From an uncultured virus (IMG/VR IMGVR_UViG_3300034061_005656) (taxonomy: Duplodnaviria > Heunggongvirae > Uroviricota > Caudoviricetes): a DNA stretch of 64,000 nucleotides. The stretch is from the IMG/VR virus record IMGVR_UViG_3300034061_005656. One strand, 5' to 3'. The notes beneath the pieces are model-generated. The model saw only the letters and a program-made list of their open reading frames with translations, did not search any database and was not told the DNA's origin. Made by a program: the position numbers and the translations under genes. Of the stretch, positions 48,146-58,036 are shown piece after piece. Position 1 is the first letter of the stretch, and every line of letters starts with the position of its first letter.

Positions 48146-49351
48146 ATGTTTTACACACCAACTACATTTTACGGTGCAGGCGAGTACGGTGAAGGCGCGT
48201 ACAATGACGGACCAAGCCAAGGCCTTGAGACAACCGCTGTTGATAGAACGCTAATCCCACTTCCGCCGCCGATATTTACCGGCATGAAGTTGCAGTCAGA
48301 TGTTATTCTTGGCAACTTAATTTTTAACCGTATTGATGAAAATAATGTTATTTGGGTGTGCACAGATATTGAAGGCTGGTGGGTGCACCCAGATCCGGAC
48401 ATTCCAGATGTGACACGCGGTTGGCGTGACGGCTCATACGATGCTCGAGGAAGATGGCAGGCTCGTCAAATAACTTTTACAGGTTCTATTCTTTCACCAG
48501 ACCCAAGTCTTTCACCAGCCGCGCGCAATACACTTATTGAAGCAACAAGTTTAGTGTACGAAGGCGCATGGCTGAAAACTGTTGAAAATCCTACCCGAGC
48601 ATCATATGTTCGTCTTAGCGGTCGCCCAAACATTGCAAGCACAACAGCGCGCGGACGAATTGATTTTTCAATTGGCCTGCGCGCAGCTGACCCAATTAAG
48701 TACTCGTGGAATGACGCAGATCCGGATGGCTACAATCTTGTGACTATTCCATGCAAAAACGTAGCAACTTCCCAGGACGGACAAGAATCAATTACTAACT
48801 TAGGTAATATTTCTGTTCCCGTATTTTTGGAAGTTACTGGTCCGACTGTAGGAGATACTACTGTAATCAATGAAACTACTGGTGAAGTTTTAACAATTAC
48901 AGGCGATCTTCGTACCTCTGAAGTTTTGACCGTAACAAATAAAGAGCTAACTTCTAATGAAGCAATTCTTACGGTATCTTCAGTCGGCAATCTTGTGGAA
49001 GGCGACGCAGTCACTGTTGCTGGTGTAGATTCTACGTTTAACGGTTTGCATGTGCTAACAGACGTAAACGTTGCTACAAATAAAATTCGCTATGCTCTTA
49101 TGGCAGGCAACGTTGTGTCTGGAGCAAGCTCGGGTACAGTAACTCGAGATGCTGACTATTTGGAAATTGACACGTACGAGCGCGAGGTTGGTCTTAACGG
49201 ATCAACGTTTGGCGCAAGAACATACGTTGATACACTTACTGACTGGATTACTCTTCAACCTGGTGCAAACGTAATTAAGTTTATCGATGAAGGCGCAGTT
49301 AACGGAACTTCTTCTCTAAAAGTGTACTACAGATCTGGGTGGATCGGTTAG
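48146..49351 (+). CDS. Distal-tail (Dit-like) minor tail protein
   Basis: 'W..TDIEGWW..P..R.W.DG....GRW.AR.ITF.G', 'LRAADPIKY', 'WITLQPGAN', 'YRSGW'. Confidence 0.7.
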   Translation: MFYTPTTFYGAGEYGEGAYNDGPSQGLETTAVDRTLIPLPPPIFTGMKLQSDVILGNLIFNRIDENNVIWVCTDIEGWWVHPDPDIPDVTRGWRDGSYDARGRWQARQITFTGSILSPDPSLSPAARNTLIEATSLVYEGAWLKTVENPTRASYVRLSGRPNIASTTARGRIDFSIGLRAADPIKYSWNDADPDGYNLVTIPCKNVATSQDGQESITNLGNISVPVFLEVTGPTVGDTTVINETTGEVLTITGDLRTSEVLTVTNKELTSNEAILTVSSVGNLVEGDAVTVAGVDSTFNGLHVLTDVNVATNKIRYALMAGNVVSGASSGTVTRDADYLEIDTYEREVGLNGSTFGARTYVDTLTDWITLQPGANVIKFIDEGAVNGTSSLKVYYRSGWIG

Positions 49352-49385
49352 TATACTAGTAACATAGTGACGCGGAGAAGTTGAG

Positions 49386-51365
49386 ATGCCAGTATTTGAT
49401 CCATTAGTAGCAGAATATCGTTACTTCGTTGCTGACCTTTTGTCAAACGAAGTTATTGCAGAACTTCCGCTAAAAGGCGTAAGCTACGAGCGTGCAATTA
49501 AAAGTGCCGGTAGCTTTAGCGCAAGTATGCCTATCATCGACTCGACGTCTGCATACAACATGTACGAGTTTACAATGCCTGGAAGGACCGCTCTCTACGT
49601 CGTACGCAACAATGAATGCGTTTGGGGTGGAATCATATGGTCTCGCTCTTACTCCGCCGCAGACCGTCAATTGAGTATTAGTGGCTCTGAGTTTACAAGC
49701 TACTTTTACCACCGCAATATCTGGAAAACGTACAGCCATCAGTTTGAAGCATCAATTGTAGCTTCCGGCGGAACTGCCGCTGTTACATTGATAAATGCGT
49801 CATATCCGTTTGTAGCAGGCATGCCCTTGCGTATTGATTTTGTTGGATCTTTATCCACTTACGATGGCGCAAGAACTGTACTTGCCAGCCCGACTCCAAC
49901 TTCTACAACGTTTTCAGCTACCATTACTGGCTTACCAAACGCAACGTACACCGGAGTTACTGTTACTGTTCGCATTGACAGCTATGACTATGTACGCCGT
50001 CTTATTGACACAGTTCTTAATGATTTTGCAGACATATCATTTCCAAACAACGAAATTGAACCCGGGTTGCAAAATAGGTACAGTATCACCAATAAAGTAC
50101 TGACAAGCAACGTTGCCACGCTTACTACGTCTATAGCTCATGATGTAATTGTTGGGCAAGTTGTAGACATTGAAAACGTAGACAATACTTTCAATGGCTC
50201 ATACGAAGTTTCAGCAGTTACTAGTAATACTGTTTCGTACCAAAAAACTTCAACAAATGTTACGTCAACGGCAGTTTCGTCTGTCGCAAGAACAGTCACA
50301 AACCGACAATTTACTGCACCGACTAGTACTGCCACTTTAACTACTTCTGCGTCTCACGGTTTTACGGTAGGAAACATTGTTGATATTTCTGGCGTCGATG
50401 ATCCGTCATTTGGAGCAACCGTGTTTAACGGTAGATTTGTCATTGCAAGCGTACCAGCAGCAAATCAATTTACATATTTTTCGTATTTTGCAAGTAACAT
50501 TGACGCCGGCGCCACAAGCGGCACGGCTACTGTTGCACCGTTACTGTGGTCTAATACGTTTGGACCATTTAGCGGTAACTCAGACTTTGGTCTTGACTAT
50601 TCAACGTCAGACTACAGCGGTGTTAATCTTTCAAACGTAATTTCACGTGGATTTGAACTTAAGTCAGTTGGTGAAGAACTTGATACATACTCAGACTCAA
50701 TTGACGGCTTTGAATATCGTATTGATTGCTCGTATGACACCGTTACGTCGTCGTTTAAGCGTACATTTGTTTTAATTCCCATTAACTTCCCAAATCCACC
50801 GCCGGCTGGAGAAGCATCACCAATTACTCGTTTTGGCGCACAGAATCTTGTTTTTGAGTTTCCAGGAAATATTAGCACGGTAAGTATTGACGAATCAGCA
50901 GAAGACGCAGCTACAAGATTTTTTGTTGTTGGTAGTGATTCAGCACTTGGCGGAGATGCAAGTCAGCCTTACGCAGTTGCAAGCGCAAAGGATCTTCTTA
51001 ATGACGGCTGGCCGCTTCTTGACGGTGAAACTTCTAAAAATGATTTAATAGATGAAGCGGCGCTGTACGACTACGCTAGTAGATACATTTCCGAGTTTCG
51101 ACCACCTGTATCCGACGTAAAAGTAAGTGTTAATGGGTCGCTGGCTCCACAGGTTGGGACGTACAGCCCTGGCGATTGGTGTTGCTTAATTATTGATGAT
51201 TACTTTATTCAGCAACGTCTTTTAAGCAGACTAGAGCCAAGATCTGATCTTCTTGTTCGCAAGATTGAGTCATTCAAGGTTTCTGTCCCAGACAATCCAT
51301 CGTTTCCTGAGCAGGTTGAATTAGGCCTGATCACTGAGTGGGAGGTAGACAAAGTTGGCGAGTAA
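49386..51365 (+). CDS. Minor tail / baseplate hub-like protein with inserted beta-barrel domains
   Basis: 'IAELP..GVSY....GSFS', 'LYVVRN...WGGIIW', 'FEFPGNI', 'GWPLL', 'G.Y.PGD'. Confidence 0.7.
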   Translation: MPVFDPLVAEYRYFVADLLSNEVIAELPLKGVSYERAIKSAGSFSASMPIIDSTSAYNMYEFTMPGRTALYVVRNNECVWGGIIWSRSYSAADRQLSISGSEFTSYFYHRNIWKTYSHQFEASIVASGGTAAVTLINASYPFVAGMPLRIDFVGSLSTYDGARTVLASPTPTSTTFSATITGLPNATYTGVTVTVRIDSYDYVRRLIDTVLNDFADISFPNNEIEPGLQNRYSITNKVLTSNVATLTTSIAHDVIVGQVVDIENVDNTFNGSYEVSAVTSNTVSYQKTSTNVTSTAVSSVARTVTNRQFTAPTSTATLTTSASHGFTVGNIVDISGVDDPSFGATVFNGRFVIASVPAANQFTYFSYFASNIDAGATSGTATVAPLLWSNTFGPFSGNSDFGLDYSTSDYSGVNLSNVISRGFELKSVGEELDTYSDSIDGFEYRIDCSYDTVTSSFKRTFVLIPINFPNPPPAGEASPITRFGAQNLVFEFPGNISTVSIDESAEDAATRFFVVGSDSALGGDASQPYAVASAKDLLNDGWPLLDGETSKNDLIDEAALYDYASRYISEFRPPVSDVKVSVNGSLAPQVGTYSPGDWCCLIIDDYFIQQRLLSRLEPRSDLLVRKIESFKVSVPDNPSFPEQVELGLITEWEVDKVGE

Positions 51366-52578
51366 TTTAAGACGAAGTAAGCGAACTGTTGGGCGAAGAA
51401 TTTTAGATCTTCAAACAAAAGTTTCTGGACTTCAAAAAAGAGTAGGCCCTGTTTCAATTGGAGAAAATGCAGTATCTACTGCAAGCCTTCAGCCTGGCGC
51501 GGTTGGCGGCTGGGTAGTTGACGCAAATTCTATTTACACAGGCACTAAGACTGCCACTGGGTCGTTTGCACCAACTGGCTCAATTACTATCGGTTCTGAC
51601 GGACATATTACAGCAAACAAGTTTCGCATCGACGCAAACGGAGATGCCTTTTTCACAGGAGCAATAAGCGGTGGAACAATTGATATCGGCGGTTCTGATT
51701 CTTCTTCTTTTCATGTCGATGCTGATGGAAAAATGTGGCTTGGCTCTGGCACCACAAGCTTTAATACTGCGACTTTTAGCGTAACAGCCGAAGGCACGCT
51801 CAAAGCTACTTCTGGGAAAATCGGGGCGTTTACTATTTCAGAAGAAGTCGGCTCAGTTGGAGCATTGCGAACGGTGTTCGACGATCCGGTAGCACCGGTG
51901 GTGCAACTGAGCAGTGTCGGTTTGTTTTTTCAAAACGGAAACGATGCCACCTACGATCGACTTTTAGAAATAGATTCCTATGGAATTTCAACTACTGGCC
52001 CTGGTGTCTATAGATTTGGTGTAGACAGCGCTACAGGTGGTGCGTTAATTGAAGGAGGAGTTTCTATTGGCTATGAGTCTGATTTTGCGTTTGTAAGTGG
52101 TGCTGGCGCTGGCGATTCCGAGTTTATAGGAGGCGCAGTGTACATTGCTCGATCTACAAATGACATTCTTATGCAGTTAAAAAGACCGTACAATGCCGGA
52201 GGAGACTTTGTAAGATTTAGAAATGGAACTAGTAATTCAGAAGTTGGTCGCATTGAATTTACTTCAACTACGAACATAGCATATCAAACGTCTTCTGATG
52301 CCAGACTAAAAGAAAATGTGCAACAAATATCAAACGCTACAGAAACAATAAAAAGTATTCAACCAGTAAATTACAATTTTATATCTGAGCCTGAAACGCG
52401 TTTTGATGGGTTTATTGCTCAAGATCTGTACGAAGTGTATCCTCAAGCAGTTAGTGTTGGCGGTGAAGACCCTAAAGAAAAACCATGGGCAGTAAACTAC
52501 TCTGGAGTAACTCCGCTACTTACTGCTGCCATTAAAGAAATTATTGAAAGATTAGAAAACTTAGAATCAAGCATGTAA
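51355..52578 (+). CDS. Tail fibre/spike with C-terminal intramolecular chaperone (peptidase S74) domain
   Basis: 'TSSDARLKENV..GFIAQDL..VYPQAV..VNY...TPLL..AIKE'. Confidence 0.85.
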   Translation: MASNLRRSKRTVGRRILDLQTKVSGLQKRVGPVSIGENAVSTASLQPGAVGGWVVDANSIYTGTKTATGSFAPTGSITIGSDGHITANKFRIDANGDAFFTGAISGGTIDIGGSDSSSFHVDADGKMWLGSGTTSFNTATFSVTAEGTLKATSGKIGAFTISEEVGSVGALRTVFDDPVAPVVQLSSVGLFFQNGNDATYDRLLEIDSYGISTTGPGVYRFGVDSATGGALIEGGVSIGYESDFAFVSGAGAGDSEFIGGAVYIARSTNDILMQLKRPYNAGGDFVRFRNGTSNSEVGRIEFTSTTNIAYQTSSDARLKENVQQISNATETIKSIQPVNYNFISEPETRFDGFIAQDLYEVYPQAVSVGGEDPKEKPWAVNYSGVTPLLTAAIKEIIERLENLESSM

Positions 52579-52597
52579 CACTTATTAGAGTGATACG

Positions 52598-52606
52598 TGA
52601 TAAAAT
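52598..52606 (+). promoter_or_regulatory. Extended -10 (TGA-TAAAAT)
   Basis: At the boundary between structural and non-structural genes. Confidence 0.55.
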
Positions 52607-52638
52607 TTCACCAAATGTAATCATAGAGAGACACTTAC

Positions 52639-53112
52639 ATGATCGAAGTAAAAGACGGGGCAAGAACCCTACAATTCAATGGAAAGCTGCTTGGCAAGTC
52701 GTCATCGTACCGCCGCGGCTCTAATCGTTGGATTGAGTTTGAGCTATACAAAACAGAGAACGGGTCATACGTTCTTTCGCGCGTAGGTATTTCTATTATT
52801 TACCACGCAGGAGCTTGCGGCCTTGTAAAAAGATACGGCTTACAAGAAGTAGTAACAGAAAGTGTCTCGTCTACGGAGGTAATTCCTTGTGACGAGTGCC
52901 GACCTTCGCTTTTGGCAGAAGTAATCTTTCCAGAAAAGAATCGCTACTGGGCGCAAGTAAGCGAAGACCCAAACGCGGTTCTTGAAGCTCTTTACAAGTA
53001 TGACAATGGAGGAGCAAAGTACCTGACCCATGTGGCTCAGCGTTTGCTCGAAGAAGCATCTGAAAACGATAAAGGTATTGAGTCAGTTTACAGAATTGAA
53101 ATGATCCCCTGA
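52639..53112 (+). CDS. Hypothetical protein with His/Cys metal-binding motif
   Basis: 'YH...C' and 'PCDECRP'. Confidence 0.7.
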   Translation: MIEVKDGARTLQFNGKLLGKSSSYRRGSNRWIEFELYKTENGSYVLSRVGISIIYHAGACGLVKRYGLQEVVTESVSSTEVIPCDECRPSLLAEVIFPEKNRYWAQVSEDPNAVLEALYKYDNGGAKYLTHVAQRLLEEASENDKGIESVYRIEMIP

Positions 53113-53118
53113 TATAAT
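53110..53118 (+). promoter_or_regulatory. Extended -10 (TGA-TATAAT)
   Basis: Perfect TATAAT preceded by TG, upstream of the nucleotide-metabolism operon. Confidence 0.65.
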
Positions 53119-53152
53119 CGGTTCACATACCAGCACAAAGGACGAATAGACA

Positions 53153-54151
53153 GTGTTTATCGCAATTGAAGGTTCCGACGGGTCAGGCAAAAGCTCGCTT
53201 ATTGAAGCCATTAAGACAGAAGTTTACAGGCAGCGACCAAATGCAGAATTTATTACTATGCATCATAAAGGCCGGCCGCCCGAAGAAACGCGCGAGTGCT
53301 TGCTTAACGAGTATGTGCTCAGCCTTGAATCATGCAACTTGCAGAATGAAATTCACTTGGCAGATCGCTGGCACTGGGGCGAAAGAACCTACGCGCCAAT
53401 TAAACGTCCTCACACAAACAAAGACGGTTACGGGCTTTTAGGGATTGCCGGTTGGCGTTGGGTTGAGCTGTTTATGCAGTCTCGCGGTATGGCTCAGTTC
53501 TTGTTGTATCAGAATCTTGAAACAATCAAAACGCGCGTAAGTTCGCGTGGTGATGATTTTGTAGATGTCTCAGAGCTTGAAACAATCTACAAAGCGTACA
53601 CCGAAACGTCTAAAGTCGCAGTTATTGCTGAAACGTTGCTCCCTGGAGATGCGTCACTTGATGAGCTCCCAGCCTTTGCTTCTCATATTATTGACGTTGC
53701 AAGTGCCATTTCCAAGCGTGCATCTTTCTTGCAGAAGTTTCCGCAGTATATTGGGCCAATAAAACCAAAAGTATTGCTTATTGGCTCAGAGCAAGAAGAA
53801 ACAAACACCGTTCTTCCTTTTGTTCCTACAACCAATAGTGACGGTGATTTTCTTTTATCGTCTCTCCCAGCAGATCTATGGAAGCATGTTGGAATTGTAA
53901 ATGCTCAAAAAATCTCACCTTCTGACTTGTCTGAGCTTCACAAGGCATTGGGTAACCCGCCGATCGCCGCGCTCGGAAAAATTGCCGTACGAGCAATTCT
54001 TAAAAGTACTATTTACGTAGATGACTACGTTACTATCCCTCACCCGCAAGCAGTGCAGGATTACGCCGATGTGTACAAAAAACAATACGGCGAAGTAATT
54101 CAAGACATTAGTAATAATATTGAGCCCTCAAGTAAATGGAGACTTTCATGA
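53153..54151 (+). CDS. Thymidylate/dNMP kinase fused to a UDG-superfamily-like C-terminal domain
   Basis: 'FIAIEGSDGSGKSS', 'DRWHWGERTY', 'RGDDF'; C-terminal 'YIGP..PKVLLIG..PF.P..AALG..A..PHPQ'. Confidence 0.75.
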   Translation: MFIAIEGSDGSGKSSLIEAIKTEVYRQRPNAEFITMHHKGRPPEETRECLLNEYVLSLESCNLQNEIHLADRWHWGERTYAPIKRPHTNKDGYGLLGIAGWRWVELFMQSRGMAQFLLYQNLETIKTRVSSRGDDFVDVSELETIYKAYTETSKVAVIAETLLPGDASLDELPAFASHIIDVASAISKRASFLQKFPQYIGPIKPKVLLIGSEQEETNTVLPFVPTTNSDGDFLLSSLPADLWKHVGIVNAQKISPSDLSELHKALGNPPIAALGKIAVRAILKSTIYVDDYVTIPHPQAVQDYADVYKKQYGEVIQDISNNIEPSSKWRLS

Positions 54152-54993
54152 TTGAAATTGTAGATGGCGTAAACGGATATGTTGATCTTGTTCAGCACGT
54201 TTTGCGCAATGGAAAAGAAACTGCCCCTCGTGGAATGAAAACACGAGAAATTGAAGACGCTGTAATTAGCATTAGCGACGTCTATCACACACTTCCTCTC
54301 AAGATTGGTCGCGGCACCGTACCGGGAATTGGTGCAGTAGAAGCATGTCAGCTACTGTCTGGCACAAGTTTTCCAAAAACTGTAATTGCGATTGGCCCAC
54401 AGTTCAAGAATTACACAGAAGATAACGGAATATTTCACGGAGCGTACGGTCTTCGCACAAAAGGCCAGTACGATGCAGTTCTTGACAAGCTTAAGAATGA
54501 CTCAGACTCACGCCAAGCAGTAGTTACAATCTGGAATCCAGAGTATGACAATCAGCCCAGCAAGCGTGACTATCCATGTACCGTTCTTCATCAGTTCCGT
54601 ATTCGTAATAACCGTCTTAATATGAGCGTGTATATGCGATCAAACGATGTATGGCTTGGCGCCGCATACGATTTCTTTCAATTTACTCAGGTACAGATTG
54701 CACTAGCGTCTGTTCTTGGTATTGAGCCGGGCAAGTACGCTCATCATGTTGGCTCACTTCATATTTATGAACAACATTACGGGCCCGCTGAAGATCTTAA
54801 AAAGACATCCAAACTTGTTGACGTCCCAAGCATTATAGGTTCAACGTGGAATGACATTGAAGCATCAGCGTTAAAGGCTTTGAATGCTGTAGAAAACGAT
54901 ACGATTATTCCTCAATTAACTGCGGCTGAAAAGTGGCATGCAGAGGCAATGATTAAAGCCGTTGAAAACAACAAAGCAAAGGCGCCCCAGTGA
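54136..54993 (+). CDS. Thymidylate-synthase-family enzyme, possibly dCMP-directed (hydroxy)methylase
   Basis: 'GAYG.R', 'DSRQAV', 'DYPCT', 'MRSNDVWLGAAYD', 'GSLHIYE'; the true start may be ATG 54148. Confidence 0.85.
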   Translation: METFMIEIVDGVNGYVDLVQHVLRNGKETAPRGMKTREIEDAVISISDVYHTLPLKIGRGTVPGIGAVEACQLLSGTSFPKTVIAIGPQFKNYTEDNGIFHGAYGLRTKGQYDAVLDKLKNDSDSRQAVVTIWNPEYDNQPSKRDYPCTVLHQFRIRNNRLNMSVYMRSNDVWLGAAYDFFQFTQVQIALASVLGIEPGKYAHHVGSLHIYEQHYGPAEDLKKTSKLVDVPSIIGSTWNDIEASALKALNAVENDTIIPQLTAAEKWHAEAMIKAVENNKAKAPQ

Positions 54994-55178
54994 GCGAAAA
55001 TTTTTCATTTGAACAGCAATCTCCTCTCAAGGCCGCGGCTGTTTCTATGCACGAGCTGTACACAACTTTAAAAGAAGCAGGGTTTTCACGTAGGGACTCG
55101 ATTGAGCTTGTTGCCAAAATCATTACCGGCAGCATTTCAGACGCAATGATACACCAAAATGACGAAGAAGAAGAATGA
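54990..55178 (+). CDS. Small hypothetical protein
   Basis: 'AVSMHELYTTLKEAGFSRRDSIELV'; overlaps both neighbours by 4 nt. Confidence 0.7.
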   Translation: MSENFSFEQQSPLKAAAVSMHELYTTLKEAGFSRRDSIELVAKIITGSISDAMIHQNDEEEE

Positions 55179-55657
55179 CAGATAACAGACCAACATGGCA
55201 TGAAACTTGGCTAACAGTAGCAGACACAATTGCAAAAAGATCTCGGTGTTCTCGAGCACAAATGGGTGCTGTAATTGTTTCAAAAGACAATCACGTTATT
55301 TCTACTGGGTATAACGGCCCTGCAGCGACATGGCCTGAGTCAGGCGCATGTATCAATTGGTGCGAACGTGCGCAAGGCATAACACCACTTGGAAAAGAAT
55401 ACTCAGGCTGCCCAGCAATTCACGCCGAAGCAAACGCGCTTTTGTACGTGGATCGCTCTCAAAGTATCGGCAGCACTATCTATATAGTTAGTCCTCCGTG
55501 CGACGCATGTGCAAAACTAATCTCTAACTCTGGAGTGTCACGAGTTGTATGCAGAATTAGCGCAGCGGATTCTCACCGCGAGCCTGACAAGGTGATAGAA
55601 TACTTACGTAAGTGCGGCATAGAAGTACTTATTATCGAGGATAAAAATGACAACTAA
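55175..55657 (+). CDS. dCMP deaminase family protein
   Basis: 'RPTW', 'STGYNG', 'HAEANAL', 'PCDAC'. Confidence 0.9.
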   Translation: MTDNRPTWHETWLTVADTIAKRSRCSRAQMGAVIVSKDNHVISTGYNGPAATWPESGACINWCERAQGITPLGKEYSGCPAIHAEANALLYVDRSQSIGSTIYIVSPPCDACAKLISNSGVSRVVCRISAADSHREPDKVIEYLRKCGIEVLIIEDKNDN

Positions 55658-57470
55658 TGATCTTTCAAGCGTTCAATTGCATCTTGTTGACAATGCACAA
55701 AAAGCTACTGAGTTTCTTGCGTGGCTAAGCGAGCGGCGTCCGCATAACGCAATAGCTGTTGACATTGAAACTGGAGAACTCCCAGGCAAGCCTCGCGATC
55801 ATGCGTTCTCTCCATGGCATGGGCAAATGCGTCTTGTGCAAGTTGGAGACGGCATGCAAGGTTGGTCCATTCCGTGGCAAGAATGGTCAGGTGTTTTTTA
55901 CGAAGCAATGGACAAGTTTGACGGTCCAATTATTTGCCACAACATTGCGTTTGAAGCTCGCTGGTTCGCAGTTCAGTCTCGCTGGGAAATGCCTTGGCAC
56001 CGCGCGCACGACACAATGATTATGGCGCACATTATTGATCCGCTTGGGTCTGGTGCACTTAAACGTCTTGCCGCATTAAATATTGACAGCCGTGCTGTTG
56101 CACTTCAGGACACTCTTGATGTCGAGTTTGCAAAGAACGGTTGGACTTGGGGCACTGTGCCAATTAACTTTCAACCGTATTGGTCATACGGCGCGCTTGA
56201 TACCGTGCTTACAACGCGCCTATGGGAAATGTTTTATGAGAAGTGTGGGCCCGAGGGTCCTTACCACAAGCCATACGAACTTGAAATGGCAACACGCAAA
56301 ATTGTCACCCGCATGGAAATCAATGGCGCTCGAGTTGACCTTGATTACTCTAAGAAAAAATTCGACGAGCTGAATAACTACGCCGAGTCAGTCAAGTCTT
56401 GGGCAAAGCAAACGTATAACGGAACGTCAATTACAAGTAACCAGCAACTAGTTCGCTTGTTTGAAAGTCTTGGTGCTGTTATTACTGAGTTTACACCGAC
56501 AGGGCAGAAGTCTTGTACTAAAGATCAGCTCAAGAAGCTCGCTATTGATGACAACAAAGAAGTCGCCAATCTTGCTGACACTGTTCTCAAGCAGCGTAAG
56601 GCAGACAAACTTGCCAATACGTATTTTTCTAACTTCTTAAACGAGTCTATTGACGGTGTTGTTCACCCGTCAGTGCGTACGCTCGGTGCGCGAACATCTC
56701 GTATGTCTATTACTAACCCGGCGCTACAGACTTTGCCTAAAGGCGACGATGTTGTGCGTCGCGCGTTTATTCCAAAAGACGAAAATCATATAATTGTGAC
56801 TTCAGACTTGGACCAGGTAGAGTTTAGAATGTTTGCTAGCCTTTCACAAGATGACAATCTTATTAACATGTTTCATATTGCAGACTCGACAGGGTCTGAC
56901 CCGTTTACCGAAATCGGACGAGACGTATACAACGATCCTTCAATGACTAAATCTGACAAGCGTCGTAATCTGATTAAAAGCATGGTGTACGGCAGACTGT
57001 ATGGCGCAGGCGTAGCAAAGCAAGCGCTAACCGCCGGCGTTCATGAAGCACAAATGAAACAAACTTCAGATGCGTTTGACGGCAGGTTTCCTGGAATGTC
57101 GCATTTCCAAAGACAAATTGAAGATATTGGAATGCGAAGATTTAAGACTGAAGGCCAGGGATATGTCTACACATGGACAGGTCGGAGAATTCCATGCGAT
57201 GACAATCGAGTTTATACGCTGGTTAACTACCTAATTCAGGGTGGAGCAGCTGAAGTGTTCAAGAGTAATCTTGTAAAACTTGACCAGGCAGATCTTACGG
57301 AATTACTTATTGTGCCCGTACATGACGAAATTGTTCTTAACGCTCCTCGCAAGGACGCAGAAGAAATCATGCGAATTGTAAAAGACTGCATGACAACAAC
57401 AGAAGGTTGGGCCGTGCCGCTTACAGCGGGCATTGACGGACCAATGGAAACATGGGGAGATAAGTACTGA
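55647..57470 (+). CDS. polA: Family A DNA polymerase with 3'-5' exonuclease
   Basis: 'VDIETG', 'HNIAFE', 'RMSITNPALQTLP', motif A 'DLDQVEFR', motif B 'KSMVYGRLYG', motif C 'VHDEI'. Confidence 0.93.
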   Translation: MTTNDLSSVQLHLVDNAQKATEFLAWLSERRPHNAIAVDIETGELPGKPRDHAFSPWHGQMRLVQVGDGMQGWSIPWQEWSGVFYEAMDKFDGPIICHNIAFEARWFAVQSRWEMPWHRAHDTMIMAHIIDPLGSGALKRLAALNIDSRAVALQDTLDVEFAKNGWTWGTVPINFQPYWSYGALDTVLTTRLWEMFYEKCGPEGPYHKPYELEMATRKIVTRMEINGARVDLDYSKKKFDELNNYAESVKSWAKQTYNGTSITSNQQLVRLFESLGAVITEFTPTGQKSCTKDQLKKLAIDDNKEVANLADTVLKQRKADKLANTYFSNFLNESIDGVVHPSVRTLGARTSRMSITNPALQTLPKGDDVVRRAFIPKDENHIIVTSDLDQVEFRMFASLSQDDNLINMFHIADSTGSDPFTEIGRDVYNDPSMTKSDKRRNLIKSMVYGRLYGAGVAKQALTAGVHEAQMKQTSDAFDGRFPGMSHFQRQIEDIGMRRFKTEGQGYVYTWTGRRIPCDDNRVYTLVNYLIQGGAAEVFKSNLVKLDQADLTELLIVPVHDEIVLNAPRKDAEEIMRIVKDCMTTTEGWAVPLTAGIDGPMETWGDKY

Positions 57471-57471
57471 C

Positions 57472-57939
57472 ATGAAGCGTATGATTTTAGCAGTTGATCC
57501 GGGTAAGGCAAGCGGTATCTGCTGTTTTACTTGGGAGTCAGGCCAAGAGCCAAAACTAGAGTGGTCTGGCGAGTACCAACCCAATGAATACGTTCAGCCA
57601 ATCCGAGAAGCTATTGGTCAAGCGTTTTTAGGCGGGTACCACCTTGATGTTGTTTGCGAGCGGTTTACGATTAACGCGCAGACAGTTCGAAACTCGCAGG
57701 CGCCATACTCGCTAGAACAAATTGGCGTTCTCAAGCAAGCGATGCGAGATGCAGGTATAGATGAAAATCTTCTTAAGTTTCAAAGCCCGGCAGACGCCAA
57801 AAGAATGTTTACAAACGAAGCAATTAAGAAGCTTGAGTACTGGCACAAAGGCGGTGCTGGTCATGCGTTAGACGCAATCCGCCACGGTTTGCTGTACCTA
57901 GCAAAAAATGGATGGACGCCTTTAAGGCTCCTTCAATAA
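57472..57939 (+). CDS. RuvC-like Holliday junction resolvase
   Basis: 'ILAVDPGKASG', 'VVCERF', 'HALDAIRH'; ATG 57472 follows the polymerase stop. Confidence 0.75.
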   Translation: MKRMILAVDPGKASGICCFTWESGQEPKLEWSGEYQPNEYVQPIREAIGQAFLGGYHLDVVCERFTINAQTVRNSQAPYSLEQIGVLKQAMRDAGIDENLLKFQSPADAKRMFTNEAIKKLEYWHKGGAGHALDAIRHGLLYLAKNGWTPLRLLQ

Positions 57940-57997
57940 AACTTCTAAAAGATACTAAGAAAAATTTTCTATAGAGTGCAGATTTCTGCTTAGTATA

Positions 57998-58006
57998 TGA
58001 TATAGT
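57998..58006 (+). promoter_or_regulatory. Extended -10 (TGA-TATAGT)
   Basis: In the AT-rich intergenic region before the helicase. Confidence 0.5.
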
Positions 58007-58036
58007 GACATATAACGAAATGACAAGAGGTAGAAA

